A stretch of DNA of 55,573 nt, filler included, from a bacterium (lineage in GTDB: Bacteria > JAMOTN01): assembly GCA_027062325.1 (NCBI GenBank). It is 3 parts of 3 records of this genome, joined end to end, with 100 filler letters (N's around TTAATTAATTAA, not from the genome) between each part and the next. Parts side by side here need not be neighbours in the genome. Positions count along the whole stretch, not along the records: positions 20,566 to 38,793 come from JAMOTN010000074.1; 2 more parts are not named here. One strand, given 5' to 3'. The notes under the pieces are model-generated. The model saw only the letters and a list, made by a program, of their open reading frames with translations, ran no database searches and was not told the origin of the DNA. The translations under genes were made by a program, and so were the position numbers. Below, one piece after another: positions 28,726 through 38,232 of this stretch. Position 1 is the first letter of the stretch. Each line of letters begins with the position of its first letter.

Positions 28726-29804
28726 AGAAAATTAAAGTTGTTATTACCGATGATTCCTTGGTTGCTAGGAAGTTTTTGGAGAAATTTGTTACTTCTGATG
28801 ATGAGTTAGAGTTAGTTCAAACTTTCAGCAGAGCTACTCACTTACTTGAATGGTTGGAGAACAATTCCCAAATGGTAGATGTTATTCTGTTGGATATAGC
28901 AATGCCTGAGATGTCAGGGCTAGAAGCGTTAGAGATAATCAAAAAGAAGTGGCCAAAGATTCAGGTCATAGTTGTCTCCTCGCTATCCGACAGGGATACC
29001 ATATTTGAGGCTATGGAAAAGGGAGCATTTGATTTTGTTGTTAAAGAGAGACAGACTATAGAACTTACGCGTTTGAAGGATGACATTATTGAGAAAATCA
29101 AAGCTTCAGTTGGTCGCAGTAAAGGGTTGGATACTGCTCAAATTAAAGAGAGTTTGAAAGTTGGATTAATAAAAGATGTTGTAAAAAAAGTTGCTTTATC
29201 TCCAACTTCTTTGAGGAAATACTTTATAATAGGAGCTTCTACTGGTGGTCCTGCTACAATTGAGGAGATATTAAAGAATTTAAAATATTTTCCCGATGTC
29301 GCAGGATTTATAATACAGCACATGTTTCCTGGTTTTACTTCAACGTTTGCTAACCGATTAACAGAGCAACTTAGGGCTCTTAATCCCAATAAGCACTGGA
29401 TTGTTAAGGAAGCTGAAGATGGAGAAATGGTAAAGGGAGGAGTAATATACGTAGCTCCCGGTGGAAAGAATATGATATTTAGAAAAGAGGGACTTGACAT
29501 ATACATAGTCATAGAGGATCCTAAGCCGGAACATACTTATGTTCCGAATGTAAATTACGCATTTGAGAAGATAATAGAAGTGGTAAGACCTTCCCAACTT
29601 GTTGCTGTTCTGCTCACAGGGATGGGAGATGATGGGGCTGTAGGACTTAAAATAATCAAAGAAGCAGGGGGTTGGACAATAGTTGAGAGTAGGGAAAGTG
29701 CTGTAGTATGGGGAATGCCACGAGTTGCTTATGAGATTGGAGCGTATTGTGAGGTGCTGCCGAAGTGGAAGATAGCAGAGGCGATGAATGCAAAACTATT
29801 GTAG
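28722..29804 (+). CDS. cheB: Chemotaxis response regulator protein-glutamate methylesterase
   Basis: REC domain (DDS, LLDIAMP, K) plus methylesterase motifs GASTGGP, QHM and LTGMGDDGA. GTGA overlap with the upstream gene. Confidence 0.95.
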   Translation: MKKIKVVITDDSLVARKFLEKFVTSDDELELVQTFSRATHLLEWLENNSQMVDVILLDIAMPEMSGLEALEIIKKKWPKIQVIVVSSLSDRDTIFEAMEKGAFDFVVKERQTIELTRLKDDIIEKIKASVGRSKGLDTAQIKESLKVGLIKDVVKKVALSPTSLRKYFIIGASTGGPATIEEILKNLKYFPDVAGFIIQHMFPGFTSTFANRLTEQLRALNPNKHWIVKEAEDGEMVKGGVIYVAPGGKNMIFRKEGLDIYIVIEDPKPEHTYVPNVNYAFEKIIEVVRPSQLVAVLLTGMGDDGAVGLKIIKEAGGWTIVESRESAVVWGMPRVAYEIGAYCEVLPKWKIAEAMNAKLL

Positions 29805-30286
29805 AGGCAGGGACAGAGGATGTCTATTTAGAAGATAAAATAGGTGTGATAAAAAAAATAGATGAAGAATTTGTTGCAGTGAAAGTTTTCCCTTCGCGGG
29901 CGTGTATTGGTTGCAAAGGATGTTCAAATGATGTGGTCAGAGTGCTGAAGTTTCCGAAGAGTTTATTTAAAGAATACGAGATTGAGGTGGGAGATGTTGT
30001 TTACTTAAGTTTTGATACGCTAGCGGCGTTGAAATTGAGCCTCAAAGTTTTTGTTGTTCCTGTGATTACTTTTTTGCTTCTAATTTTTACTTTGTTGCCC
30101 TATCTGAAGCACCTTTTTAGCTCTCAAATTGCTGAATTTACTGTTATAATTATCTGGGGTGCAATGTTGTGGTTATACTTAAAAATCTTAAATAATCGCG
30201 GGAGATGGGACTTTTTTGTTGTTAAGGAGGTGCTAAAAAGTGGTCAAAGGGTTAAGAATCCTCATTCTAATGGTGTTAGGGATTAG
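29765..30286 (+). CDS. RseC/MucC (SoxR-reducing) family protein; start uncertain
   Basis: ACIGCKGC cysteine motif, VGDVV and two C-terminal TM helices. Confidence 0.7.
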   Translation: MEDSRGDECKTIVEAGTEDVYLEDKIGVIKKIDEEFVAVKVFPSRACIGCKGCSNDVVRVLKFPKSLFKEYEIEVGDVVYLSFDTLAALKLSLKVFVVPVITFLLLIFTLLPYLKHLFSSQIAEFTVIIIWGAMLWLYLKILNNRGRWDFFVVKEVLKSGQRVKNPHSNGVRD

Positions 30287-31178
30287 CTTCCTATTTTTCA
30301 TGGCAGGTTGTGGTGCGGAAAAGAAGCCCCAGAATACTTCTACAAAGAGTGCAGCTTTAGAGGATGAGAGCGCGGGGAAGGTTTTAAAGCTTGGGAGAAT
30401 AACTTATTTGGATCCGCGTGAGATGATAAAGCAACACAAGCCACTTCTTGATTATCTTGCGAATCGCTTGAAAAAATACGGTTATAAGAAGGTAAAACTT
30501 GTTTTGGCAAAGGATTACGAAGGGGTTTTGAAAAAACTTTTGAGAGGGGATATAGATGTGGCTTGGTTGGGAACAGCTGTTTATGCCCAGCTTTTAAATC
30601 AGGGTAAGGAGTTGCCGGTTTTAGTCAGAGCCGTGTGGAAAGGTAAACCTACTTACAAGGGCATGATAGTGGTCAGAGCAGATTCTCCTATAAATGCTAT
30701 AAAGGATTTGAAGGGGAAAAAGTTTGCTTTTGTGGATGAGCATTCAGCAAGTGGATTTGAGTATCCTTTTGCGCTCCTTGTTGAGAATGGAATAAATCCG
30801 CGTACGGATTTTGCTCAGATTGGATTTTTGAAACAGCATGATAGAGTTTTGAAAGCAGTTTTTCTCGGCAAATTTGATGCAGGGGCGGTTTATAAGGATG
30901 CGAGGAAAAGAATAAAGGATGAGATACCACCTAGTAAGTTTAAGATAATTGCAGAAACAAAGAATATTCCCAATGAGCCAATTGTGGTTAGGAAAGATCT
31001 AAGTGAGAATGTGAAAGAGGAGATAAAGAAAGCGCTTTTGGACTTAAAGATAGATGATCCCCAGTCGAGAAAAATATTGAAGAGTTTCGGAGAGCTTACA
31101 GGTTTTATTGAAGCAAGTCCGAAAGATTACTACTATGCGGCGAAAGTTTTAAGAATTATAAAAAAGTATTGGCATTAA
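30240..31178 (+). CDS. Phosphate/phosphonate-type (PhnD family) substrate-binding lipoprotein
   Basis: Lipobox MAGC; motifs DY......L..G.ID.A, DLKGKKFAFVD..S.SGF.YP, H..V..AV..G..DAG and IPNEP. Confidence 0.88.
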   Translation: MVKGLRILILMVLGISFLFFMAGCGAEKKPQNTSTKSAALEDESAGKVLKLGRITYLDPREMIKQHKPLLDYLANRLKKYGYKKVKLVLAKDYEGVLKKLLRGDIDVAWLGTAVYAQLLNQGKELPVLVRAVWKGKPTYKGMIVVRADSPINAIKDLKGKKFAFVDEHSASGFEYPFALLVENGINPRTDFAQIGFLKQHDRVLKAVFLGKFDAGAVYKDARKRIKDEIPPSKFKIIAETKNIPNEPIVVRKDLSENVKEEIKKALLDLKIDDPQSRKILKSFGELTGFIEASPKDYYYAAKVLRIIKKYWH

Positions 31179-31237
31179 AGGGCGTAAATTTTGTGGTACG
31201 GTTTTGTGTAAGTTGATGCGATACGGGGGAAGCAGGA

Positions 31238-32992
31238 GTGAGTGTAGACAAAGAAGGGGAAGTGTTGAGTTTCAAAGGATTAAGAGGGAGCATTAGAGGG
31301 AAGAAGTGGGTTCCATTGGGACTAAAGCTATCCTTGTTGTTGATGTTTTTGATAATAGGTATAACTCTCATACTCACTTTCTTTTTTATACGGCGTCAGA
31401 CACAATATATAAAGATGACAGCTGTTGAGTTCGCTCAGTTTGTAGCAGAGAATGCGGCACATGCGTCTTTGAATTTTTTGGTAACGAGTGATTATAACTC
31501 TCTTGATAACTTAGTAAAGAAGATTAGTCGTCACCCTGATATTGAAAAGGTCGCTATAGTTGAGAGTGCGACTAATCGCATAGCTGCTACGAATGATAAA
31601 GACTTGCTTGGTAAAAAGGCTGATGTTTTAAAAACTTACCTAGTTAATAAGGAAAAGGTATTTGTTGGAGAGAAAAATGTTATTGTAACAGTTCCCATTC
31701 AGGAAAGTGGGGAGGTGTACGGCTACTTAGTATTATGGTTAAAGCTAGATCGTGCTTTTGCAGAGATCAGTAAAGCACGAAATTTTGCTGTGGGAATGGG
31801 AGTTTTTGCAGTTGTTATAGCGATTTTTCTTGGATTTTTGTTTATGAAGAAGACAGTTATTACTCCTATCCAAACTGTTATAGATGGTATGCAGAAAGTT
31901 GCAGGGGGAGACTTGGATTATGCAATAGATTTGAGGACAAATGATGAATTTGAGATAGTGGCCAACAACTTCAACAAGATGACTAAGAATGTTTCTGTTT
32001 TGTATTATATATCCCAAGTTAGTAACTATTCCTCAAATGTTGAGAGTTTGTTGAAGGTGATTTTAGAAAAAGCTATAGAAGTTACCAATGCTGAAAGGGG
32101 TTCTTTGTTGCTTATTTCTGAAGATGGAATGAGGATAGAGACAAAACTTGTTGTTGGTTTATCTGAAGAAGCAGCGGGATTTGTCAGTTTTGAATTGGGA
32201 GAGGGAGTTGCAGGGCAAGTGGCTCAAACCCAAAGGGCTGTTATAGTGAATTTGGGTGCGAAGGATCCGCGATTTAAACTGAAAGCTGAGTGGAGTTCTA
32301 ATGTCAGAAATTTGCTTGTTGTTCCTATGGTATATCACGATGAACTTGTAGGAGTATTGAATATAGTGAATAAAAGAGATGGTGATTTTACGGAGGGGGA
32401 CTTGAATATTGTTAAAACAATGGCAACGCAGGCTGCAAGTGCTATTCTCAAAGCGAAGCTTTATGAAGCCTCGATAACGGATGGATTGACTGGCTTATTT
32501 GTGCACAAGTACTTTCAGGTGCGCCTTGCTGAGGAAATAAAGAGGATAAAAAGATACGGTGGATCTGTTTCACTTGTTATGACTGATGTTGATCATTTCA
32601 AAAGCTTTAATGATACGTATGGGCACCAGCAGGGAGACATAGTCCTGAAGTATGTGGCTAAACTTATTAAAGAGACTGTAAGACAAAATGTTGATGTTCC
32701 TTGTAGGTATGGAGGAGAGGAATTTGCGGTTATTATGCCAAATACGGATTCGGATGGAGCTTTGACTTTTGCAGAACGCCTTCGCAAAAAGGTAGAGGAG
32801 TTTCCATTTCCAGGTCAGGAGAAGCCATTACATGTTACCATAAGTATAGGAGTGGCTACTGCTCCTGATGATGCAGATGATAAGTTGGATCTTATCAAAA
32901 AAGCGGATATGGCTCTTTATTTTTCAAAGGAAAACGGTAGAAACAGAGTTACGGCGTGGAGGGATATTACAGATAAAGTATCTGAAACTTGA
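31238..32992 (+). CDS. Membrane sensor diguanylate cyclase (periplasmic sensor, HAMP, GAF, GGEEF)
   Basis: Two TM helices, HAMP (GDLD...DEF....FN.M), GAF (GEG.AG.V, NK..G.FT..D), and GGDEF-domain motifs DGLTGL, D.DHFK.FND.YGH..GD, RYGGEEF and K..GRN. Confidence 0.95.
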   Translation: MSVDKEGEVLSFKGLRGSIRGKKWVPLGLKLSLLLMFLIIGITLILTFFFIRRQTQYIKMTAVEFAQFVAENAAHASLNFLVTSDYNSLDNLVKKISRHPDIEKVAIVESATNRIAATNDKDLLGKKADVLKTYLVNKEKVFVGEKNVIVTVPIQESGEVYGYLVLWLKLDRAFAEISKARNFAVGMGVFAVVIAIFLGFLFMKKTVITPIQTVIDGMQKVAGGDLDYAIDLRTNDEFEIVANNFNKMTKNVSVLYYISQVSNYSSNVESLLKVILEKAIEVTNAERGSLLLISEDGMRIETKLVVGLSEEAAGFVSFELGEGVAGQVAQTQRAVIVNLGAKDPRFKLKAEWSSNVRNLLVVPMVYHDELVGVLNIVNKRDGDFTEGDLNIVKTMATQAASAILKAKLYEASITDGLTGLFVHKYFQVRLAEEIKRIKRYGGSVSLVMTDVDHFKSFNDTYGHQQGDIVLKYVAKLIKETVRQNVDVPCRYGGEEFAVIMPNTDSDGALTFAERLRKKVEEFPFPGQEKPLHVTISIGVATAPDDADDKLDLIKKADMALYFSKENGRNRVTAWRDITDKVSET

Positions 32993-33008
32993 AGGCGCGG
33001 TGGTGTAG

Positions 33009-34670
33009 GTGGCAGAGATAGCGAATTTAAAAGAGGGGCTCACGGATAAGGAGTTATTGGCTGAAATTGATGCTATAGATAGACGTATTGAGAAGGAGAT
33101 AGAAAGACTCAATATCAAAGAGGAAAAGAACGATGCTTGGAGGAGTTTGATAAGTGTTTATTGGCAACTGTGCGAGTGGATAATAAAAAAGCAACTCAAA
33201 AGTTTTGGAATATTTGACTCTCAAAATTTAACACCTCTAGAGAGAAGTATTTTAGACTTTGGATTTTTAGATTCGAGGATTTCAGGAGATCTTGTTAATA
33301 AGTTAGGGACTCTTTTGGAAAGGTATAAAAAAGTGGTGAGGATCAATAAATTTGTTTTTTATCCAGTTAGTGAATATTTGAAGGAGATTTTTTTAAGAAA
33401 AGTTGGATGGTATGCACTTCAAGAGGAGAAAAAGAAATTGGATGAGCTGAAGGCTCAGTACTCTAAAGTTGTTGAGACAATAAAAGTGTTAGCCGGTAAA
33501 TTACAGCAACAGTTGCATTATAACTTTTTTGAGTTCATGAAAAAGGTTGATAGGAAAAGTTTTTTAAGGTTTAAGTTAAATTCTGGGCAAGTTTTGCCTC
33601 CTGAAGAAAAACAAGAGTTACTTTCACTTGAGGAGGAATTAAATGCTACTAGTGAGACTATAAAAATGGCTGCAAGGAAGGTTTCGGAAGGGCTCGCTTC
33701 TATGGTTACTCAATGGTTTGGGTTATTCGATACTCAAAATAAACTTGCTTCTGAATTAGAGAAGCAACAGGGAAAAGTGACAGCAATGCAGAATGATTTT
33801 GACAACATGAGATTAGCTGTGAAAGAGGATAGAGTTTTAGAGGCGTATAGGTTGTTAAGGCAGTACATAAAACATACTCCACTTTTGAGCATGTGGGGAG
33901 AGGAGATAGAGCCTTTTAAGGTGGTTTCATACTTTGAAAATTTAATTTTCCTAAATGATAGGCGCTTTTCTGAGAATAGTAGGGTAAAAAATAAGATAAT
34001 AGAGATAGTAGTAGTTCCCGGATGTAATCGCTACGGAACTTTCATTTTTGAGGAGAGTTTCTTTATGTTTCCTTTGGTGGCAGAAAGGAACGTTTTGGAG
34101 GTTATAGCTTCTTCTGTTGCAGATTTTCATTGGTATACAGATGACATGTATGAATTAAGGGGGAGTTTTCAAACGATCAGTAAAGAGCTTATGCGAATGT
34201 CCACTGCTGGATTGAAAAAGGAGTGGTTTAATAGCTACATTCTGTGGATAGTTAAGGAATCTCAAGGTTACAAGGTTATGGATAAGAATTATAGGAAGTG
34301 GTTTAAAGGATTTTTGAGGCCTATTTCTAAGAAAAAGTTAGAAGAGATGTTGAGGGGTAAAGAGGAGAAAGAGCAGAAGAAAGAGATTGAAGTTAAGGAT
34401 GATCGGGAGGAGCAGAGTAGAAAAGAGTTGGAGGCTAAGCAAGAGCAATTGAAGAGCATTGTAGCAACAGTTAATAATACCTTTTCTCAGGTGGTGGAGA
34501 AATTAGCTTCTCAAAATAAATTTTTTAAAGAAAAATTAAAGGTAAGTGCTCGAATAAATGTTGACAAAGTAGTATTTGATTTAAGTATATCGGATTGCAG
34601 TGCTAGTGAACTTGAAACTATTATGAGTGAATTGATAAAAGTTATCTCTGTTGTGAAAAAAATAGTTTAA
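33009..34670 (+). CDS. Hypothetical coiled-coil protein
   Basis: 553-aa E/K/Q-rich heptad segments flanking a W/F-rich globular region. Confidence 0.7.
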   Translation: MAEIANLKEGLTDKELLAEIDAIDRRIEKEIERLNIKEEKNDAWRSLISVYWQLCEWIIKKQLKSFGIFDSQNLTPLERSILDFGFLDSRISGDLVNKLGTLLERYKKVVRINKFVFYPVSEYLKEIFLRKVGWYALQEEKKKLDELKAQYSKVVETIKVLAGKLQQQLHYNFFEFMKKVDRKSFLRFKLNSGQVLPPEEKQELLSLEEELNATSETIKMAARKVSEGLASMVTQWFGLFDTQNKLASELEKQQGKVTAMQNDFDNMRLAVKEDRVLEAYRLLRQYIKHTPLLSMWGEEIEPFKVVSYFENLIFLNDRRFSENSRVKNKIIEIVVVPGCNRYGTFIFEESFFMFPLVAERNVLEVIASSVADFHWYTDDMYELRGSFQTISKELMRMSTAGLKKEWFNSYILWIVKESQGYKVMDKNYRKWFKGFLRPISKKKLEEMLRGKEEKEQKKEIEVKDDREEQSRKELEAKQEQLKSIVATVNNTFSQVVEKLASQNKFFKEKLKVSARINVDKVVFDLSISDCSASELETIMSELIKVISVVKKIV

Positions 34671-34706
34671 AATTTGCCAGTTGTGCTGTTTTAAGGAGGG
34701 TTTGTC

Positions 34707-35918
34707 ATGATTGGAAATTCGGGAGCAAATTTTTCTAGAAGATTAAAGGATTTTCCATCTTCTCCTATAAGAAAACTTGTCAAGTATGCAGATGAGGCCA
34801 AAAAAAGAGGAAAAGAGGTTTACCACCTCAATATAGGTCAGCCGGATATTCCAGCTCCCGATTATGCCTTGAAGAATTTTGCTTATCGGATTCCTGAAGT
34901 GGTTGCTTACACGCACTCTTACGGTTTAGAGGATTTAAGAAGATTGTGGGCAGAGTATTATAAAGACATAGGTATCGATATAGATTATTCAAACTTAGTG
35001 GTTACAACTGGTGGTTCTGAAGCAATAATGTTTGCACTTTTTAGCATAGCTGACTTTGGAGATAATGCCATAGTGTTTGAGCCTGTTTATACTAACTACC
35101 TAGGATTTGCAGAATTTTGCGGAGTTGAGTTGAGGGCGTATCCTTTGGATGTAAGAAATGGTTTTCATTTTGATAATTTGAATGGAATGGAGAAACTGGT
35201 AGATAGTAAAACTCGAGCGATAATAGTTGTAAATCCAAATAATCCAACAGGAGTTGTGCTTTCAAGGGAAGAGGTAGAGCTTATAGTAGAGTTTGCACGA
35301 CGACACAACTTGTGGATAATAGCAGATGAAGTTTACAAGGAGTTTGTTTTTGAAGGGGATTTTGTGAGTTTTCTTAGTACGGGTTACGAGAAAGTAATAG
35401 TTGTTGACAGTTTGTCAAAGTTGTTTAGTATGTGTGGAGCGCGTGTTGGAGCTTTGGTGTCTCATGTCAGAGAGATTTTAGAAGGAGTTTTGAAGTTGGG
35501 GCAAGCAAGGCTTTGCCCTCCTCTTCTTGGACAACTTTTGGCTATTGAGGTTTTTAAAGATAAAGATAGCTACAGAAAATATTTAAAACAGGTAAAAGAT
35601 GAGTACAGATTGAGAAGAGATGTGGTTTGGCAAGAGAGTGAAGGGAGTTCTGAGATTAAGATCTACAAAAAGCCAGAAGGGGCCTTTTACGTTGTAGCTG
35701 CTTTAGATGTTGAAAATGCAGAAGAGTTTGCAAAATGGATGTTAACAGATTTTGATAGGGATGGCAGGACAGTTATGGTGGCTCCAGCAGCTGGCTTTTA
35801 TGTTTCTGATAGAGGAAAAGATGAAGTTAGGATAGCTTATGTTTTGAATTCTGATAAATTGAGAAATGCAATAAAAATTCTGAAAGAGGGTGTGCGTGTT
35901 TATAAGAATAGAGGGTAG
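34707..35918 (+). CDS. PLP-dependent aminotransferase class I/II
   Basis: Motifs LNIGQPD, GGSEA, NPNNPTG, DEVY, SLSK...CGARVG, GAFY and R.AY. Confidence 0.93.
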   Translation: MIGNSGANFSRRLKDFPSSPIRKLVKYADEAKKRGKEVYHLNIGQPDIPAPDYALKNFAYRIPEVVAYTHSYGLEDLRRLWAEYYKDIGIDIDYSNLVVTTGGSEAIMFALFSIADFGDNAIVFEPVYTNYLGFAEFCGVELRAYPLDVRNGFHFDNLNGMEKLVDSKTRAIIVVNPNNPTGVVLSREEVELIVEFARRHNLWIIADEVYKEFVFEGDFVSFLSTGYEKVIVVDSLSKLFSMCGARVGALVSHVREILEGVLKLGQARLCPPLLGQLLAIEVFKDKDSYRKYLKQVKDEYRLRRDVVWQESEGSSEIKIYKKPEGAFYVVAALDVENAEEFAKWMLTDFDRDGRTVMVAPAAGFYVSDRGKDEVRIAYVLNSDKLRNAIKILKEGVRVYKNRG

Positions 35919-35985
35919 AACTAGATTTTAAGTAATATTTTGAGAGGTGATGGTAATCAAGGGGTAAGCTAGAAGGGGGCGTCTT

Positions 35986-36669
35986 GTGGTGAGATTTAAA
36001 TCTGGTGCTGAGAGTAAGGTTTTTAAAGTAGATTTGCATTGTCATACTTCTGACTTTTCAGCATGTGCTCGTTCAAGTTTAGAAGAAGTTTTGGAAGTTG
36101 CTTTTTCTAAATTGGATACGTTGTTTATAACGGAGCATCACGTTATTTATCCTCACGAACAGATAAATTTTGTACTCTCTAAATACTCTGGTTTATTTGG
36201 AATTTTAAGTGTTATTCCTGCGCAAGAGGTTACGGTTTATGAAGGAGGAGACGTGTTAATCTACGGTGTGGATTTTGACATTCCTGCTCGGATAAGCTTG
36301 AAAAATTTAAGAGAAATTGTTCTCTCTTACAACTATGATGAAAGAGATGTTGTTGCTATATGGGCGCATCCTTATAGATTTGGAGCTCCTTTGGTTGAAT
36401 ATGTTGAGTTGATGGATTTTATTGATGCAATAGAGGTTTTGAATGGCAACTGCACAGATTATGAGAATGCGTTGGCTATTGAGCTTGCGGAGCGTATGGG
36501 GAAGCCTATGGTTGCAGGAAGTGATGCTCACAGGGCAAAAGATGTGGCAAGGCTTTACAATCTATCCTATGTTCCAATTCACAATGTTGGTGATTTAAAA
36601 TTGGCTTTAAAGAGTGGAAAGATTAGGCCGTGCTGTTTGGAGAGAATTGTAAATGGAAGTAAGAATTAG
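35986..36669 (+). CDS. PHP-domain metallophosphoesterase
   Basis: Motifs DLHCHT, TEHH, AHPYR, IEV.NG and GSDAH. Confidence 0.88.
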   Translation: MVRFKSGAESKVFKVDLHCHTSDFSACARSSLEEVLEVAFSKLDTLFITEHHVIYPHEQINFVLSKYSGLFGILSVIPAQEVTVYEGGDVLIYGVDFDIPARISLKNLREIVLSYNYDERDVVAIWAHPYRFGAPLVEYVELMDFIDAIEVLNGNCTDYENALAIELAERMGKPMVAGSDAHRAKDVARLYNLSYVPIHNVGDLKLALKSGKIRPCCLERIVNGSKN

Positions 36670-38005
36670 GGAAGAAGATCACGAACAAACAGATAGTTTT
36701 AATAAAAGTTTGAAACTGAAATGGAATAGAGAAAAATGCACGGGCTGCAGGGCTTGCGAAGTTGCATGTTTGGCAGCTTACAATGAGCAGCCTTTAGCGG
36801 TTAGTCTTTTATTTGTTGCTTCATCTCCGTTGAGATTCAAGAATGGGGAGATTGTTTTGTGTAAGCTTTGTAATGAATGCAAAGCTCAAGAGGCTTGTAC
36901 TTCTGGTGCTTTTAGAAGATCAAGCAAAGGTTTTGAAATAGATAGATATAGATGCACTTCTTGTTTGAGTTGCGTTGTTGCTTGTCCGTACGATGTGCCT
37001 TTTTACGATGGTAGTCGTGTTGTTATGTGTAATGCCTGTGACGGAGAATTTTCGTGCGTTAAAGCATGTAAAGGTGGAGCTTTAAGATTGGAAAGTTTGA
37101 AAGAAGAAAATTTTATAGGGAAAAGATGTGGAGAAGATGAAAATGAGTTGGAAGTATCGCGTTCAGAGATGAATTTTGTTGTTGGAGAAGGAGAGGTTGC
37201 ATGGGAGGTATTGAGAAGTTTAAAGGGGAAAAACAACTTTTTAGTGGGGCGCGTTTTTCCTTACTACTGTAGAAATATATCACTCATTGTTTTTAATTAT
37301 TCTTCGTTTAGAAAAGCAGAGATTGCGTCAAAAGATGAATTCTTTAAGGTTTGCAATGAGTTTATAGAAATTAAATATTATAGTGGTTTTGAAGAGAAAA
37401 TTTTAGAAGTTTTGGAGGAAAAAGTTGTCCGAAAAGAGGGTGATTTTGAAGTAAATATCTATCTTACTCCTGTTTTTGATATAAATGGAGTTTTGTTTGA
37501 GTTAGCAAGGAAGAGGGTTTATACTGAACCTAACAGAAGATTTTTGATTTATGGTACGGGCTTTAGAGCTCTCGAGTTTTGTTTGTTAGCTTCAGAAAAG
37601 GGATTTGAAGTTTTCTGGGCTTATCCTGGTAATTTCGGAGTTAAAACAGATCAAGAGGGGTTACTAAAAAGACTGTTATTTAGAAAGGGTATAAAAGTTT
37701 TTCCATGGTTTGAATTGGTGGAAGTGAAGCGTGGGTTTCTCTCCAACACTTATAGAATTATTTCTAAGAATGGGGAGATATTGGTTGGAGACTACTTTGT
37801 TGATTTTAGAAATTTAACTTACACCTATCCTTCATTTGATGTTGTTCAATTCAAAAATGCGCTGAAAAACTACAAAGTTAATTTAAAATTTGTTTCATTT
37901 TCAAAGCAAGAAATTTTCTCTAGGAGGTTTGAGGATTGGTGGATTTTTGAAAAAGATTACAAGGTGATCGTTAGGTATCCCTATAAAGTTAGTTTTAATA
38001 ACTAA
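36653..38005 (+). CDS. Multi-[4Fe-4S] ferredoxin domain fused to a degenerate FAD/NAD oxidoreductase-like domain
   Basis: Cys sets CTGCRACEVAC, CKLCNEC..EAC, CTSCLSCVVACP and CNAC...CVKAC. The C-terminal part has VVGEGEVA and IYGTGFRALE, resembling decayed Rossmann motifs. Confidence 0.65.
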   Translation: MEVRIREEDHEQTDSFNKSLKLKWNREKCTGCRACEVACLAAYNEQPLAVSLLFVASSPLRFKNGEIVLCKLCNECKAQEACTSGAFRRSSKGFEIDRYRCTSCLSCVVACPYDVPFYDGSRVVMCNACDGEFSCVKACKGGALRLESLKEENFIGKRCGEDENELEVSRSEMNFVVGEGEVAWEVLRSLKGKNNFLVGRVFPYYCRNISLIVFNYSSFRKAEIASKDEFFKVCNEFIEIKYYSGFEEKILEVLEEKVVRKEGDFEVNIYLTPVFDINGVLFELARKRVYTEPNRRFLIYGTGFRALEFCLLASEKGFEVFWAYPGNFGVKTDQEGLLKRLLFRKGIKVFPWFELVEVKRGFLSNTYRIISKNGEILVGDYFVDFRNLTYTYPSFDVVQFKNALKNYKVNLKFVSFSKQEIFSRRFEDWWIFEKDYKVIVRYPYKVSFNN

Positions 38006-38009
38006 AAGA

Positions 38010-38038
38010 TTGACAAGTTAACAATTAGAGTGTAAAAT
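38010..38038 (+). promoter_or_regulatory. Sigma70 promoter for the KamA-family gene
   Basis: TTGACA-N17-TAAAAT. Confidence 0.8.
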
Positions 38039-38232
38039 AAAAGTAGGATTTTCTTACTTCTGTATTAATAGAAATTAATTGAAGAATTTTGCTTTTAACT
38101 TTTCAAGTGCTAGGCAGATAGTCTTGCATGGAATAGATAGTTATTTTGATTGAGCAGTTTTAATCTGAAATGTTGCTTTGGTATTAGTATCAAAAGGGAT
38201 TTCATATATAGGAGTCCAGGAGGTGAAGAGGT

